In this document: positions 1 to 9,879 of the stretch, piece by piece | Position numbering within the stretch: the stretch's first letter is position 1 | Layout of the letters: every line of letters begins with the position of its first letter | DNA from: Naegleria gruberi | Taxonomy: Eukaryota | Assembly (NCBI GenBank): GCA_000004985.1 | Contig: GG738847.1 | Reading direction: 5' to 3' (one strand) | Length of the DNA stretch: 64,000 nucleotides | The notes under the pieces: model-generated | Database searches by the model: none | Seen by the model: the letters and a program-made list of their open reading frames with translations, nothing else | Told to the model about the DNA's origin: nothing | Translations under genes and position numbers: made by a program

Positions 1-513
1 TCCACAATTAACTCATTACAACTCGATGATAATACTAATGAATAGGTCATTAATTCAGAAAATTCACTCGCATTATACTCCTTCTTACTCTTCTTTTTAT
101 CATTCACCAACTTGTTAAACTTATCCAAAATTGTCTTTTCATTATATTCCTGTTTTTTCCTCAGTGCTGTCACACTCTCCACTCTCCACAATCCACTCAG
201 TACGTTATACATCAGCAAGGCTCTCTTCTTGAATTTACTATGATAATATTGATAGTGCAAGGCTGTAGAGCTGAATTTAATTCCCTTCGTGTCTGCACTC
301 GTTGATAAGAGTTTCATTTGTTCGTGGGCAGTTTCCGTCTCTTGAATAGTGAAAGGTTTGCCATCATTTTGTCTGATGACTTCTTCAAGAATACTCACTT
401 GTGCATTGTCGAACCATTGGGCTATAGGATTTTTCAAATTTTGATATTTAATGGTTCATCATCGGAATGTGAAAATACATACTTGATGATTTGGTATTCT
501 TTTGTTTAGACAT
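1..513 (-). CDS. GINS complex subunit Psf1-like protein, 5' part only (gene continues beyond window start). Exons: 483..513 (ATG at 513) and 1..421. Intron 422..482 (GTATGT...TAG, 61 nt).
   Basis: Minus-strand translation MSKQKNTKSS|TQWFDNAQVSILEEVIRQ...IKFSSTALHYQYYHSKFKKRALLMYNVLSGLWRVESVTAL has no stops to the window edge. The segment IKFSS...RALLMY...LWRVESV aligns by eye with Psf1 [31 protein letters not shown]. Splice phases are consistent. Confidence 0.5.
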
Positions 514-729
514 TTTTTTTAATAAGAATAATTGAAACAAAGTTTTGTAAAGGAACAAAAGGCAAAAGACTACAGCACCACAGGTTCCCAAGTAATGATG
601 TGGCTCGATGTTGCTCAATTTCTCGTGTGGTGAAAGAAGCCTTAATTTATGAATTATATCTTAGAAAGAAGAGAAATTAGTACTAATGTTATCACATTAA
701 GTAATCATAACTTATTATGTAAGCAAGAA

Positions 730-802
730 GCCGACATAGCTCAGTTGGGAGAGCGTAAGACTGAAGATCTTAAGGTCCCTGGTTCGATCCCTGGTGTCGG
801 CA
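730..802 (+). tRNA. tRNA-Phe (anticodon GAA)
   Basis: GCCGACATAGCTCAGTTGGGAGAGCGTAAGACTGAAGATCTTAAGGTCCCTGGTTCGATCCCTGGTGTCGGCA. Acceptor, D and anticodon stems are perfect, the anticodon loop is CTGAAGA, and the T-loop is TTCGATC. There is one U51:U63 mismatch in the T-stem. The sequence is near-identical to animal tRNA-Phe. A T6 run follows. Confidence 0.88.
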
Positions 803-804
803 AA

Positions 805-810
805 TTTTTT
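805..810 (+). terminator. Oligo-T run, likely Pol III terminator for tRNA-Phe
   Basis: TTTTTT lies 3 nt after the tRNA 3' end. Confidence 0.5.
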
Positions 811-955
811 CTTTATGTATTTCATGATAACTAAAGTGTTTTAATTACATTATCATCGAAAGTTTCAAAATAGAAGGTTGTGAAATAGTTAAATTTATTT
901 TGTTATTAATATTTCTCACTTATTACTAAGAGTGTGAGCAAATGCCAAAATTAAT

Positions 956-1924
956 TTACAAGGAAGGTTTGACGATTGGCTTTGATGACTTCTTGCATGT
1001 CTTTCTCTTGATACAAATCTTCTTCTTGATTGACTTGCAACACTTCTTCTTTCCACCAACAAATTTGAATTTCTTACAAATTTTCTTACCCTTTGAACGT
1101 TTCAAACACTTCTTATAATACTTCTTCTTGATACATCTTGGAGGAATGATAATTGACTTGGCACAATACTTCTTCTTTTGATATTTGACACATTTGGAAA
1201 CAGTCTTCTTGTGCTTACAGAACTTGATGGTCTTATGCTTGGCACAGAAGAATTTCTTCTTAATGAGACAACACTTCTTAACTGATTTTCTCTCCTTACA
1301 ATATTTAACCTTCTTATACTTGGCACATTTCTTAGCCCATGAAACTATCTTGCACTTTTTAACATATCTACATTTGGCAACCTTCTTATTGTAGGAATCA
1401 ACAGTGTACTTGTCGCAAACCTTCTTCTTTTCACACTTCTTGATTGGAACCTTCTTGAATTTCTTGCAGACCTTCTTAAATCCCTTCTTGACACACTTGT
1501 TAATAATCTTGTGTTTGGCACAGAATTTCTTGAAGCCCTTCTTGATGCAAATCTTCTTTGTTCCATAAGAATCACAAACTTTCCAATACTTCTTCTTGGC
1601 ACATCCAACTACTTTGTATGCATGCAAGACGCATTTCTTTGTTGGCTTGCTATACTTGTCACATTTGGAATATTTCTTATGTTTGAGACATTTGCCAGCA
1701 CCGACAATGGCATATTGATCACAGACTTTCTTTTGACCAACGAGTTTGTGCTTTAAACACTTCTTAATCCACTTGTGCTTTAAGCATTTTCTCTTACAAA
1801 TCTTTGGCTTGTGATACTTGTCAACAACGACTGGAGGTTTAGTTTGATAGCTGTCACTTGCTTGAACAGAGAGGATGGCAAGCAAGAGTAGAATTGCAAT
1901 TGAAAAGATTAGATTTGCTTTCAT
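956..1924 (-). CDS. Secreted lysine/cysteine-rich repeat protein (322 aa; signal peptide MKANLIFSIAILLLLAILSVQA)
   Basis: True ATG start. The N-terminal hydrophobic segment is followed by about 300 aa that are roughly 30 percent Lys and 14 percent Cys, with a reiterated K-K-C-x(4-8) pattern. No similarity to a known family was recognised. Confidence 0.7.
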   Translation of the reverse strand: MKANLIFSIAILLLLAILSVQASDSYQTKPPVVVDKYHKPKICKRKCLKHKWIKKCLKHKLVGQKKVCDQYAIVGAGKCLKHKKYSKCDKYSKPTKKCVLHAYKVVGCAKKKYWKVCDSYGTKKICIKKGFKKFCAKHKIINKCVKKGFKKVCKKFKKVPIKKCEKKKVCDKYTVDSYNKKVAKCRYVKKCKIVSWAKKCAKYKKVKYCKERKSVKKCCLIKKKFFCAKHKTIKFCKHKKTVSKCVKYQKKKYCAKSIIIPPRCIKKKYYKKCLKRSKGKKICKKFKFVGGKKKCCKSIKKKICIKRKTCKKSSKPIVKPSL

Positions 1925-2240
1925 TTTTTGTTATTGGATGGAATAGTTCAACAGAAGGGTGCTAATTTAAACCATTTCTAATAGTTTTTCATTTGGAACA
2001 AGCTCAAAAAGTTAGATGTAAGGTTCCAAATTTGGATAGAAAACTGATATCCATACGAACTTGAACTAATTCAATTTACTAATTTACAATTACCTAATAC
2101 TATTCAAATATCAACTCATACTTCAAATTTAAAATTTCTCAAAAATCAACAATTCAGAGCAAGAAAGTTAATAATGTTGACGAATCCAAACAATAGATTG
2201 GTTTATAAAAAAGAACATTACCATTCGTTAAAGAATTCAT

Positions 2241-5200
2241 TTATTTACTCAGAAAAAGAGAATATTTGATGGAAATATTGGTGTGCATTGAAGAAAGTTT
2301 TGTTCCTTCATCAGGAAGCTTGTCACATTCATCAATTACCTTTTGAACTAGATGGTGGATTGAAACATCCTTATTTCTCGTACTTTTCGCCTTGAGAGAA
2401 CTCTTGGAAATGATTAACAAATGAACAATGCTGTCCATAGAAGAAAGTCTCTCAGCAAATGATTCCCAATATTTTTCCATATTGTAATGAACACTGCTCA
2501 ATCTTCTCATACTCAAAAACTTGGATGTACTCTTCTCAGTTGAAGAAGGAGAAGAATAAATAGATGCTGTGGAAATAGCTAGTGGATTATTGGCAGTAGC
2601 ATCAATTCTTGTTAAATTTTGTGAAGTTCTTGTAATTTCTTGTTGATTCTTCTTCTTTGCTTCCAAAATCTTCTTTTGAAGTAGTGGATCACGAATATCT
2701 TGTTCTTCAATTAGTAAATCTTTCAATCTTTGTATTGCTACATAGAGTGCTGTCTCTCCATATAAATTAGTTTTCTCAATTGAATATCTGTAATGTCTTG
2801 GATCTAGTCTTCTCTCCTTCAAAATAAATGAACTATTTTCATGATGTGCTTGATCCTCTTCACTGCTTTCATTGATGGTTGGTCTTCTCCTTCTGAAAAA
2901 TCTACCAGATCTCGGCTCTGAATCCCTTGGAGTTTGTTGATCTTCAGGTGTAGTAGCACTTTGAGATCTTCTTGGAGTTTTGATGAGGTTGGAGAGTTTT
3001 TCAAATCCTTTTTTGAATCTGGCAGTACCTGGGCTTTGTTGAGGACTTGGTTGTGGCGAAATTTTCTTTTCAATTAATGAAACTTTCAACTGTGGAATAT
3101 TCACTCTGCCACTATCTTGTAATGATGTAGATGTTCCACCAAGTTGGAAAGCAAGTTTGGCATTAGAAGGAAAGACTGTAGTATTAATGTCAGAGTCACT
3201 TGAGGACATTTGCTTTGAAACAGCTGTCAATCCCAAATCTGAAACATCCGTAGCTGAACAATCAGTATGTCTTCTGAAAGGAACCAGAGTTCTTCTCTTT
3301 TGTTGAATATCATCTTGATTCTCAGTGGCAACTGAGAGGAATAGCTCTACAACATTCGAATTATTAAACCAACATGCCAAGTGGAGTGGAGTGAATCCCT
3401 CATACTTGTCTGGTTCGTAAAATAATTTCTGATAGAGATCTTCTGGCAGTGAGAGGGCACATAAATGTAAGAATACAACATTATTGGACATGGCTGCCAG
3501 ATGGAACAAGTTCAATCCATGAGCAATAGTCTTGACAGTACAACATGCCTTATAATCAATTTCATTCAAGAGGTATAACCACACTCTCATATAATTCTTT
3601 CTTTCAGCATCAGTTAAATCCTTATTCCAATTTCTAGAGTTGGTTCTAATGAATTTTTCCAGTGATCCCAATGGTGAATTTGGATAATAGGAAGGTTGAT
3701 ATCTCTCCAAGAACTCATCAGTCTCCATCTTGTCATTGTAATGCACAGAAAGAACACTTCTCATTAGAGCAGTTAGACCATTATCATCTCTCATATTGGC
3801 AAAAGTAATTGGCTCTGTATAGAAATCAATTAATAATTTCACAATTTCTGGATATCCTTTTGATGCTGCAATATGAAGTGATGTGACTCCAGAATCTCTC
3901 TTCTTGAGGGTAGGTGAAACCCCCAACAAGATCATTGTTTCTATGGATTTGTAATCTCTAGCATCTGCAGCCAAGTGAATAGCTGCATTACCATAGGTGT
4001 CCTTTCTGGCCCAGTCCAACTTTTTAACACCTGTTTTGGAGAGAGCCGTCAAGAGCATTGTCAAAACATCACAATTTCCTTTTGTGGCTGCTACATGAAG
4101 AGCTGTTCCTTCAATCTTGTTTGTGTAATTGAGATTAATGTCAAACTTGCTCAACATCAGTGCAACAACCTCAACTTGATTATATTGAATTGCTATCTGA
4201 AGTAATGAATTACCATTATGATTATCTCTTATATTGTTCACATTTGTATCATCGAGAACGCACTCCAACAATGCAACACAACCACTCTTAGTAGCATGAA
4301 TGATAATGTTAGAGTTCTTAGCTACTTCTGAAAGTGGAGTCAGCTTGGGAATGTAAAATGATAGAGATGATCCAACTTGTTTCAGAGGAGTACTCACGCT
4401 TATTGGTGCAGCTCCCTTTGTTGGTGTTGATGGATCTTTTAGAGCAGAGGCTGCTACCTGATTAGAAAAACTCAATAAATTGGAAGAGGAGGCTGCCTTG
4501 ATATGAATTGGAGAATTGGTGGAGGAACCTCTTCCAAACATGAGTTTAGTTGGAGTGTGAGGTGATTTGAGGTGTTCTACTAAGAGATCTGTTGCTGGTT
4601 TTGAAGCTTCTAGAGTAGGCACAGGTTTCTTTTGAGGAGAGAAGGCCAATCCATTATTATCCACTGCAGGTATTGGGCTTATTGGATTGATAGAATAATT
4701 GGTAGCACTTGCTGCAACACTATCACTAATGTGATGTTTGATATCGACAACAAAATCTTGGTGATGTGAAAATGATGAAGCTGCCATTGAATTGCTTCTT
4801 CTCTTTCCTTGGGCAGCTCTTTGTTTGGTATTCCTTCTTCTGGCTGTTTTGTTTCCCTGCTCATTGATGTGATTTGTAATTGAGGTCCCAACTCCAACTA
4901 TTGCTCCATAAACTGCTCCAATATCAATACGAGGTGTCAGTAAATCGTGATCATTATAACTTGTCACACTTGATATCGATCTAACAGAAATCATTCCATC
5001 ATGATGGAAAGGATCAGATTCATCCATAGAATTTTTAAAATTCAAATTGAGTGGATACTTTCCCTTTTCTGAATGAGATGGGGGGTGATCTGTTGTTGGA
5101 TTACTATTTACTCTATGATGTTGTGGTTTGTTATGTGCTGGTGATGTAGGGTATGAATGAGAATTATCTGTTATCACTGAAACTGCTGATAGAGGTGTTG

Positions 5201-6413
5201 GGCTATTATTAGTAGTATTAATGGTTGAAGTTGGAGCCACTATATTATCATTAAATACTGATATCTTTACAGGTGACAGAGTTGGTGAGGCAGTTAAATT
5301 GATATGAGAAAATGAATTATTATGATCATTGATTGGGGAAGACACTCTATGAATGTTGGAAGAAGGAGGGCTTGTTGTAAGATTAGAGGAATTATTTTGA
5401 GTTGGTGATGATACATTGGAGGAATTAGTTGGTGGTGGATTTGTTGCTTTTTGAATATTATTACCAATTTGATAATTGTTATCATTATTGAGAGGTGCTG
5501 AACTATTTGGAGAGGTTACATTAGTGGTTTTGGAGGATGAGGATGGAGTTGATACATGATAGAAAGATTGAGATTTCTGATTTAACAATTGAGAGGATGA
5601 AGTGTTAAAATTCACAGGCACTCTTCTACCATTAATAATGGCAACATTATTACCTGACAGTGAGGAAGGGGTGGATGGAGTTTTCATTGCATAATCTATT
5701 GCTCCACCATTGCTGGGTTTTGGAGTACAGACAATATCATTGTCCCAGCCCTGATTGTTTCGTTGTGGTTGTAGTGGTGATTGCAAATCGTGTAAACCAC
5801 TTGTAGGAGATACAAGTCTTTCTGCCGAAGGTGTCGATGGAGTTGGATAATTACTGGCATATCCTAGTCTATTGTTGTGTAATTTTGCCTCTCGTTCCAT
5901 AGTTTCATGAATTTGTTGTTTCTTCGTTTGGACATGATTCAAATAGTTTGCCAAATGCTTGAACATTTTCCCAGAAAGTAGTTTCCCATTATTATTCGAA
6001 TCTTCATGTGGTGAAGTTAGAGTATTGAGACTGGATGTATCATTGGAGCTTCTTGGTGTGATATTGTTTGAACTTCGTGGTGTGGATGGAGTTGTTGACA
6101 TTCCTCCAACAGATGAATTACATGAAGTGGGCGACAGGGCATTATTCCTCATCATGAAAGGCACATGTTGTTGTGATTGTAATGTTGGTTTAAATGTTGA
6201 AGTGCTATTATTACTTCCATTATTATTTGAATTATTATTCCTATTATCTCCATGTTGTTCTTGTTGTTGCTGCTGCGGTAACGAAGAATAGGATGAAGGA
6301 GAGAGAATGATGGAACCACTATTATTGTTATTATTAATTATGGAGGATGAAGAAGTTGTTGATTGAATGGTTGCCGAAGTTGTGGAAACCGTTTGAAGAT
6401 CAATACCATCCAA
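2241..6413 (-). CDS. Ankyrin-repeat protein with long N/S/T/Q-rich low-complexity regions (about 1390 aa in the window; 5' exon not located)
   Basis: Multiple ANK repeats (LHVAATKGNCDVLTMLL, AIHLAADARDYKSIETMILLG, SLHIAASKGYPEIVKLLI, TPLHLACWFNNSNVVELFL). The ORF track start at 6413 is a TTG, and the frame is closed by TAA at 6513-6515 with no in-frame ATG upstream. The first in-frame ATG is at 6155. Confidence 0.72.
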   Translation of the reverse strand: MDGIDLQTVSTTSATIQSTTSSSSIINNNNNSGSIILSPSSYSSLPQQQQQEQHGDNRNNNSNNNGSNNSTSTFKPTLQSQQHVPFMMRNNALSPTSCNSSVGGMSTTPSTPRSSNNITPRSSNDTSSLNTLTSPHEDSNNNGKLLSGKMFKHLANYLNHVQTKKQQIHETMEREAKLHNNRLGYASNYPTPSTPSAERLVSPTSGLHDLQSPLQPQRNNQGWDNDIVCTPKPSNGGAIDYAMKTPSTPSSLSGNNVAIINGRRVPVNFNTSSSQLLNQKSQSFYHVSTPSSSSKTTNVTSPNSSAPLNNDNNYQIGNNIQKATNPPPTNSSNVSSPTQNNSSNLTTSPPSSNIHRVSSPINDHNNSFSHINLTASPTLSPVKISVFNDNIVAPTSTINTTNNSPTPLSAVSVITDNSHSYPTSPAHNKPQHHRVNSNPTTDHPPSHSEKGKYPLNLNFKNSMDESDPFHHDGMISVRSISSVTSYNDHDLLTPRIDIGAVYGAIVGVGTSITNHINEQGNKTARRRNTKQRAAQGKRRSNSMAASSFSHHQDFVVDIKHHISDSVAASATNYSINPISPIPAVDNNGLAFSPQKKPVPTLEASKPATDLLVEHLKSPHTPTKLMFGRGSSTNSPIHIKAASSSNLLSFSNQVAASALKDPSTPTKGAAPISVSTPLKQVGSSLSFYIPKLTPLSEVAKNSNIIIHATKSGCVALLECVLDDTNVNNIRDNHNGNSLLQIAIQYNQVEVVALMLSKFDINLNYTNKIEGTALHVAATKGNCDVLTMLLTALSKTGVKKLDWARKDTYGNAAIHLAADARDYKSIETMILLGVSPTLKKRDSGVTSLHIAASKGYPEIVKLLIDFYTEPITFANMRDDNGLTALMRSVLSVHYNDKMETDEFLERYQPSYYPNSPLGSLEKFIRTNSRNWNKDLTDAERKNYMRVWLYLLNEIDYKACCTVKTIAHGLNLFHLAAMSNNVVFLHLCALSLPEDLYQKLFYEPDKYEGFTPLHLACWFNNSNVVELFLSVATENQDDIQQKRRTLVPFRRHTDCSATDVSDLGLTAVSKQMSSSDSDINTTVFPSNAKLAFQLGGTSTSLQDSGRVNIPQLKVSLIEKKISPQPSPQQSPGTARFKKGFEKLSNLIKTPRRSQSATTPEDQQTPRDSEPRSGRFFRRRRPTINESSEEDQAHHENSSFILKERRLDPRHYRYSIEKTNLYGETALYVAIQRLKDLLIEEQDIRDPLLQKKILEAKKKNQQEITRTSQNLTRIDATANNPLAISTASIYSSPSSTEKSTSKFLSMRRLSSVHYNMEKYWESFAERLSSMDSIVHLLIISKSSLKAKSTRNKDVSIHHLVQKVIDECDKLPDEGTKLSSMHTNISIKYSLFLSK

Positions 6414-7419
6414 CGAAAAGGGAATTGGTTGTTGTGCTACCTTTAAGGAGAGTCGTGTCGTGCAAATAGTTGGTGTTCCATCATCGTCATTGTCTTCTTC
6501 ATCGAGAATAAATTATTATTATTATCGGTTATTGAAACTCTTGATGATGGGTTATTATTGAAGAGTTTGCTTCTCCCGCCGTTTTAGATGATGAGAGAGT
6601 AGTCTCATTTTCTGAAGAGGAATGTTGCGGTGCGTGAAGGTTATCTGTTAGCACGATTTTGTTATTATCTAATGAGAGTGTGTTATTATTATTGATTTTT
6701 GGTGCTGATGATGGTGAAAGAAGAAGAAGGTGTTGTTGATGAATTTGTTATTGTCTTCTGTCCACTACTTAGAATGGGGTTTAGTGAGTCCATCAATAAT
6801 ATTTTGTTATCACTTCCACCATTGTCAGCAGGCCAACGTTGCATTTTTATTGATAGCTGACTTTTAATATTGGCAAGAGAACACAAAAATTGACAGTGTC
6901 GGTGCGAACCAATGTGTTGGAAATCATACGAGAGCTCTTTGCCGGTTCCAGCACTTTTCAGTCACAATCAAGATATTTCAAAATCCAAAATGCTGACTAT
7001 TATCCATTGTTTAATTTCCTTAACTAACTTGGTTCTTCATGAATGGATAAAGATCAATAATACATACAAAAGATGAATAAACACTAAACTATTTATTCTA
7101 TAAAGTTTGCGCAGAGCTTTGGATAACAAACCGTTTGTTGGTTATTTATTGTGAAAAGAATTATTAAAAAACAAGTCTCTGCGGATACTAAGTAAGCATA
7201 ATCGGATTAAAGCTCTCGGCACAAGTGGTTGCTCAATATTCCCATCTATCAACCATTGTCAAAATATCGACAAATATTCATATCGCTGTACATTTCAAAC
7301 GGAAACTATTCATGAATAAGATACGCACCAATTCAAAGAGACTTTAAAACAAAATATCTTCATCATCACATCAAGTTTTTCTGAACATCCTCAACAGTAG
7401 GATCATCAAGAATACCAGA

Positions 7420-9804
7420 ATGAATCGTAACATCGATTCCTCTCAAGTACATTTCAGGGCCACCAGCAGTTTGGATACTAGAACAACCCGCCATTTTCCC
7501 TTCTCTCGAACTCATACTGCCAGCCAAAACAAACGAAATAATGATGTACAAAACTCTTTCAATACATCAGCCAGCTATCCTTCCCCTTACAATCCCAATA
7601 AGAATAGTGATCCAAACAGTGTCAATCTATTCAATACACCTCTAAAATCAAAACCAATTCCCAATAATAATAATGCAAATATCTTTCCAAAACTTCCGAA
7701 TGGTAAGGGACAAGCACTCCCTCCTCTTCAAAACAAACCTCCACCAACAACAGCTTCCTCAGGGTCTAGAAAGAAGGATATCTCTTCAACTCTTGATGAT
7801 GAATTTGGTTCATCTGGACCATTAAATGAAATCAACTGGGAGAGAAAGACGAAGAAGAGACTGAAACCAATTTCTGCCTTTATCACTGAAACTATCAATG
7901 CTCAAGTGGCAGAAGAATCTGTAAATAGTTCAATCGTTACAACGGAAGAAGCAAGTAACAATGGAGGGGGAGGCACTTTCCTTACCGAACTCTCAAGATC
8001 AGCCTCTCCTATCGGAATGAATAGTAATAAGGAAAATAGAGTAGAAATTCAATCAAAGACTTTCTTCAAACAAAATCGAGCACCAACCACTAATCAAACA
8101 AATTTGGAACTCTATGTTGAGGATCCATTCGATGTTACTGATAGAAACAGTTGTGTCAAGAAAGCAATTAGTGGAACCATTAGACGTGTAAATATATTAA
8201 CACACAAAAAATTCGAGTATTGGAAAAACAACTCTGATAACAAGTTTGTAGCTTCTGAACTTTTGACCAAGTTTCCTCAACAGGAGCTCGATGCCAGTTA
8301 TCAAAGATCCCTTATGAGTAGGGCTAAGGAGTTAGACGACAGGCCTGATTTCACCAGACAAACCTTGGAACTGTTATTTTTGCCATTTAAAACTTTTGAG
8401 AATAATAATTTAGTGGAAACATCACTCAATCCAGAAGCAGAACAATCAGCTGCTCAAATCAACTCAGATGATGTTCAGAATACAGGTCCAAAGAGGGTTG
8501 CAGATAAAAAATTTGAAGACAAAATAGATGAAGAACTCAAACGAAGTGATGTGGTATTTAAGGAATTATTTACCAAATCCTATCAAATGGCCAAATCAAC
8601 GATAACACATTCTTCAACTCTCAAAAATCCACTAGTTGGTATTTTGGCAGGATCAGACTTCTTACCTGCCTATCAATCCGAATATGTGACAATAGCAAAG
8701 CCAAAAGCAAAGAGAAAGGTGTTAAATAGTGATGTTTGGAGGAATGAATTTCTCGATGCTCAAATCAACCACCAACAAGATTTGCTTAACATTCTGGATA
8801 CAAGATATGGAAATAGATACATTGTTGAACAGTCTCAAATTTATTTGGAAAAGTTGGTTCAAAGATCAGTGAAACGATCTGAGAGATTTGCTCTCAATGG
8901 CCTCAATGAAACTATTCAAAGAAAGCCTGGAGATATAACTTTTGAATCATTTTGGGATAGATACAGTAAAACTTTGGAAGTGGAAAAGACACAATTTTAC
9001 CAGACAGTGCTTTTCTACAGAAGGTTATTGTTTCACTTGGAAACAATTCAAATTCCATCACCCGACAATTCTTATCTGATAAGATTACTCGAGAGTATAA
9101 GATTAAGACTAATTGAGAATCCAAGACAAGAATTGACAAAAGAGCATATTTTCTTTAGTAATATCAAACCATTGGTCGAGGAAATGTCAAGGTTTGATAA
9201 GCTTCATCCTGAAGATGGTGGAAGATTGGATGCATTCTTCAGTAATAGAGAGACCATTAAGGTTATTCAATTTTTTATTGCCGAGCTCAATATTAACAGT
9301 GATGATTTGTTTACAAACTTCTTACTCAAATTGAGAATTAAACATACAAAGGTTCTGGATGAGCTAAGAACCAGGCTTAAAGAAAGAGAAAGACAACAAC
9401 AAGCACTGATCAAGAAGGTTGATCTCTTCCTTGTAGATGGTGCGGAAAAGAACTTTATCAGAGCGATGGTTATGGCTCTCCAACCTCACTCTGCACTGGC
9501 TGGTTCTTTAATTGTGAAGAAGGGTGATACTGCCAATGAAATGTTTTTCATTCTCAAAGGTTTTGTTGAGGTTATCACAGAGGGCATTGATCCAAAAGTC
9601 ATTGCTACATTGGATGAAGGTAAATTCTTTGGGGAGGTTGGTGTCGTTCTCGATCAGACTAGAATGGCCACTGTAAGGGCTGGGTCGCACTGTGACTTGT
9701 TTGTGCTTAGTAAGAGTGCATTGAAGAGAATTGAGGAAGAATTTCCAGAACCTTGTCAAAAGATTAGGGATAAGGCAATTGAAAGACTTAACTCTGTAAA
9801 ATAA
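7420..9804 (+). CDS. Cyclic-nucleotide-binding (CAP_ED) domain protein (794 aa as called; N-terminal 45 aa doubtful)
   Basis: The C-terminus MFFILKGFVEVITEGIDPKVIATLDEGKFFGEVGVVLDQTRMATVRAGSHCDLFVLSKSAL matches the cNMP-binding fold with FGE...RTATV. The region around the ATG at 7420 uses rare codons and overlaps a better-looking antisense ORF (see findings). Confidence 0.68.
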   Translation: MNRNIDSSQVHFRATSSLDTRTTRHFPFSRTHTASQNKRNNDVQNSFNTSASYPSPYNPNKNSDPNSVNLFNTPLKSKPIPNNNNANIFPKLPNGKGQALPPLQNKPPPTTASSGSRKKDISSTLDDEFGSSGPLNEINWERKTKKRLKPISAFITETINAQVAEESVNSSIVTTEEASNNGGGGTFLTELSRSASPIGMNSNKENRVEIQSKTFFKQNRAPTTNQTNLELYVEDPFDVTDRNSCVKKAISGTIRRVNILTHKKFEYWKNNSDNKFVASELLTKFPQQELDASYQRSLMSRAKELDDRPDFTRQTLELLFLPFKTFENNNLVETSLNPEAEQSAAQINSDDVQNTGPKRVADKKFEDKIDEELKRSDVVFKELFTKSYQMAKSTITHSSTLKNPLVGILAGSDFLPAYQSEYVTIAKPKAKRKVLNSDVWRNEFLDAQINHQQDLLNILDTRYGNRYIVEQSQIYLEKLVQRSVKRSERFALNGLNETIQRKPGDITFESFWDRYSKTLEVEKTQFYQTVLFYRRLLFHLETIQIPSPDNSYLIRLLESIRLRLIENPRQELTKEHIFFSNIKPLVEEMSRFDKLHPEDGGRLDAFFSNRETIKVIQFFIAELNINSDDLFTNFLLKLRIKHTKVLDELRTRLKERERQQQALIKKVDLFLVDGAEKNFIRAMVMALQPHSALAGSLIVKKGDTANEMFFILKGFVEVITEGIDPKVIATLDEGKFFGEVGVVLDQTRMATVRAGSHCDLFVLSKSALKRIEEEFPEPCQKIRDKAIERLNSVK

Positions 9805-9879
9805 ATTAATTTATTTTTAAACTGCAACAACATTAAAATACAATCCCGCTCAAATAAAACTCTAACAACTACAAAAAAA

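Noticed and set aside
318-509. Plus-strand ORF antisense to the Psf1-like gene
   Set aside because: The opposite strand carries a well-supported spliced gene with an ATG at 513. This ORF has poor codon usage.
649-834. Plus-strand ORF (61 aa) spanning the tRNA-Phe gene
   Set aside because: It is entirely accounted for by the tRNA gene and its AT-rich flanks. There is no coding signal.
1102-1756. Several ORFs (plus and minus, other frames) inside the K/C-rich gene
   Set aside because: They are artefacts of the repetitive AAG/TGT/CTT composition. Only the 956..1924 minus frame has a signal peptide and ATG start.
7366-7368. Triple TGA (TGATGATGA) ending the small antisense ORF; considered as a possible C-terminal selenocysteine codon given SepSecS nearby
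   Set aside because: Three consecutive stops, no recognisable selenoprotein family in the peptide, and no SECIS-like structure noticed downstream. Most simply an ordinary stop.
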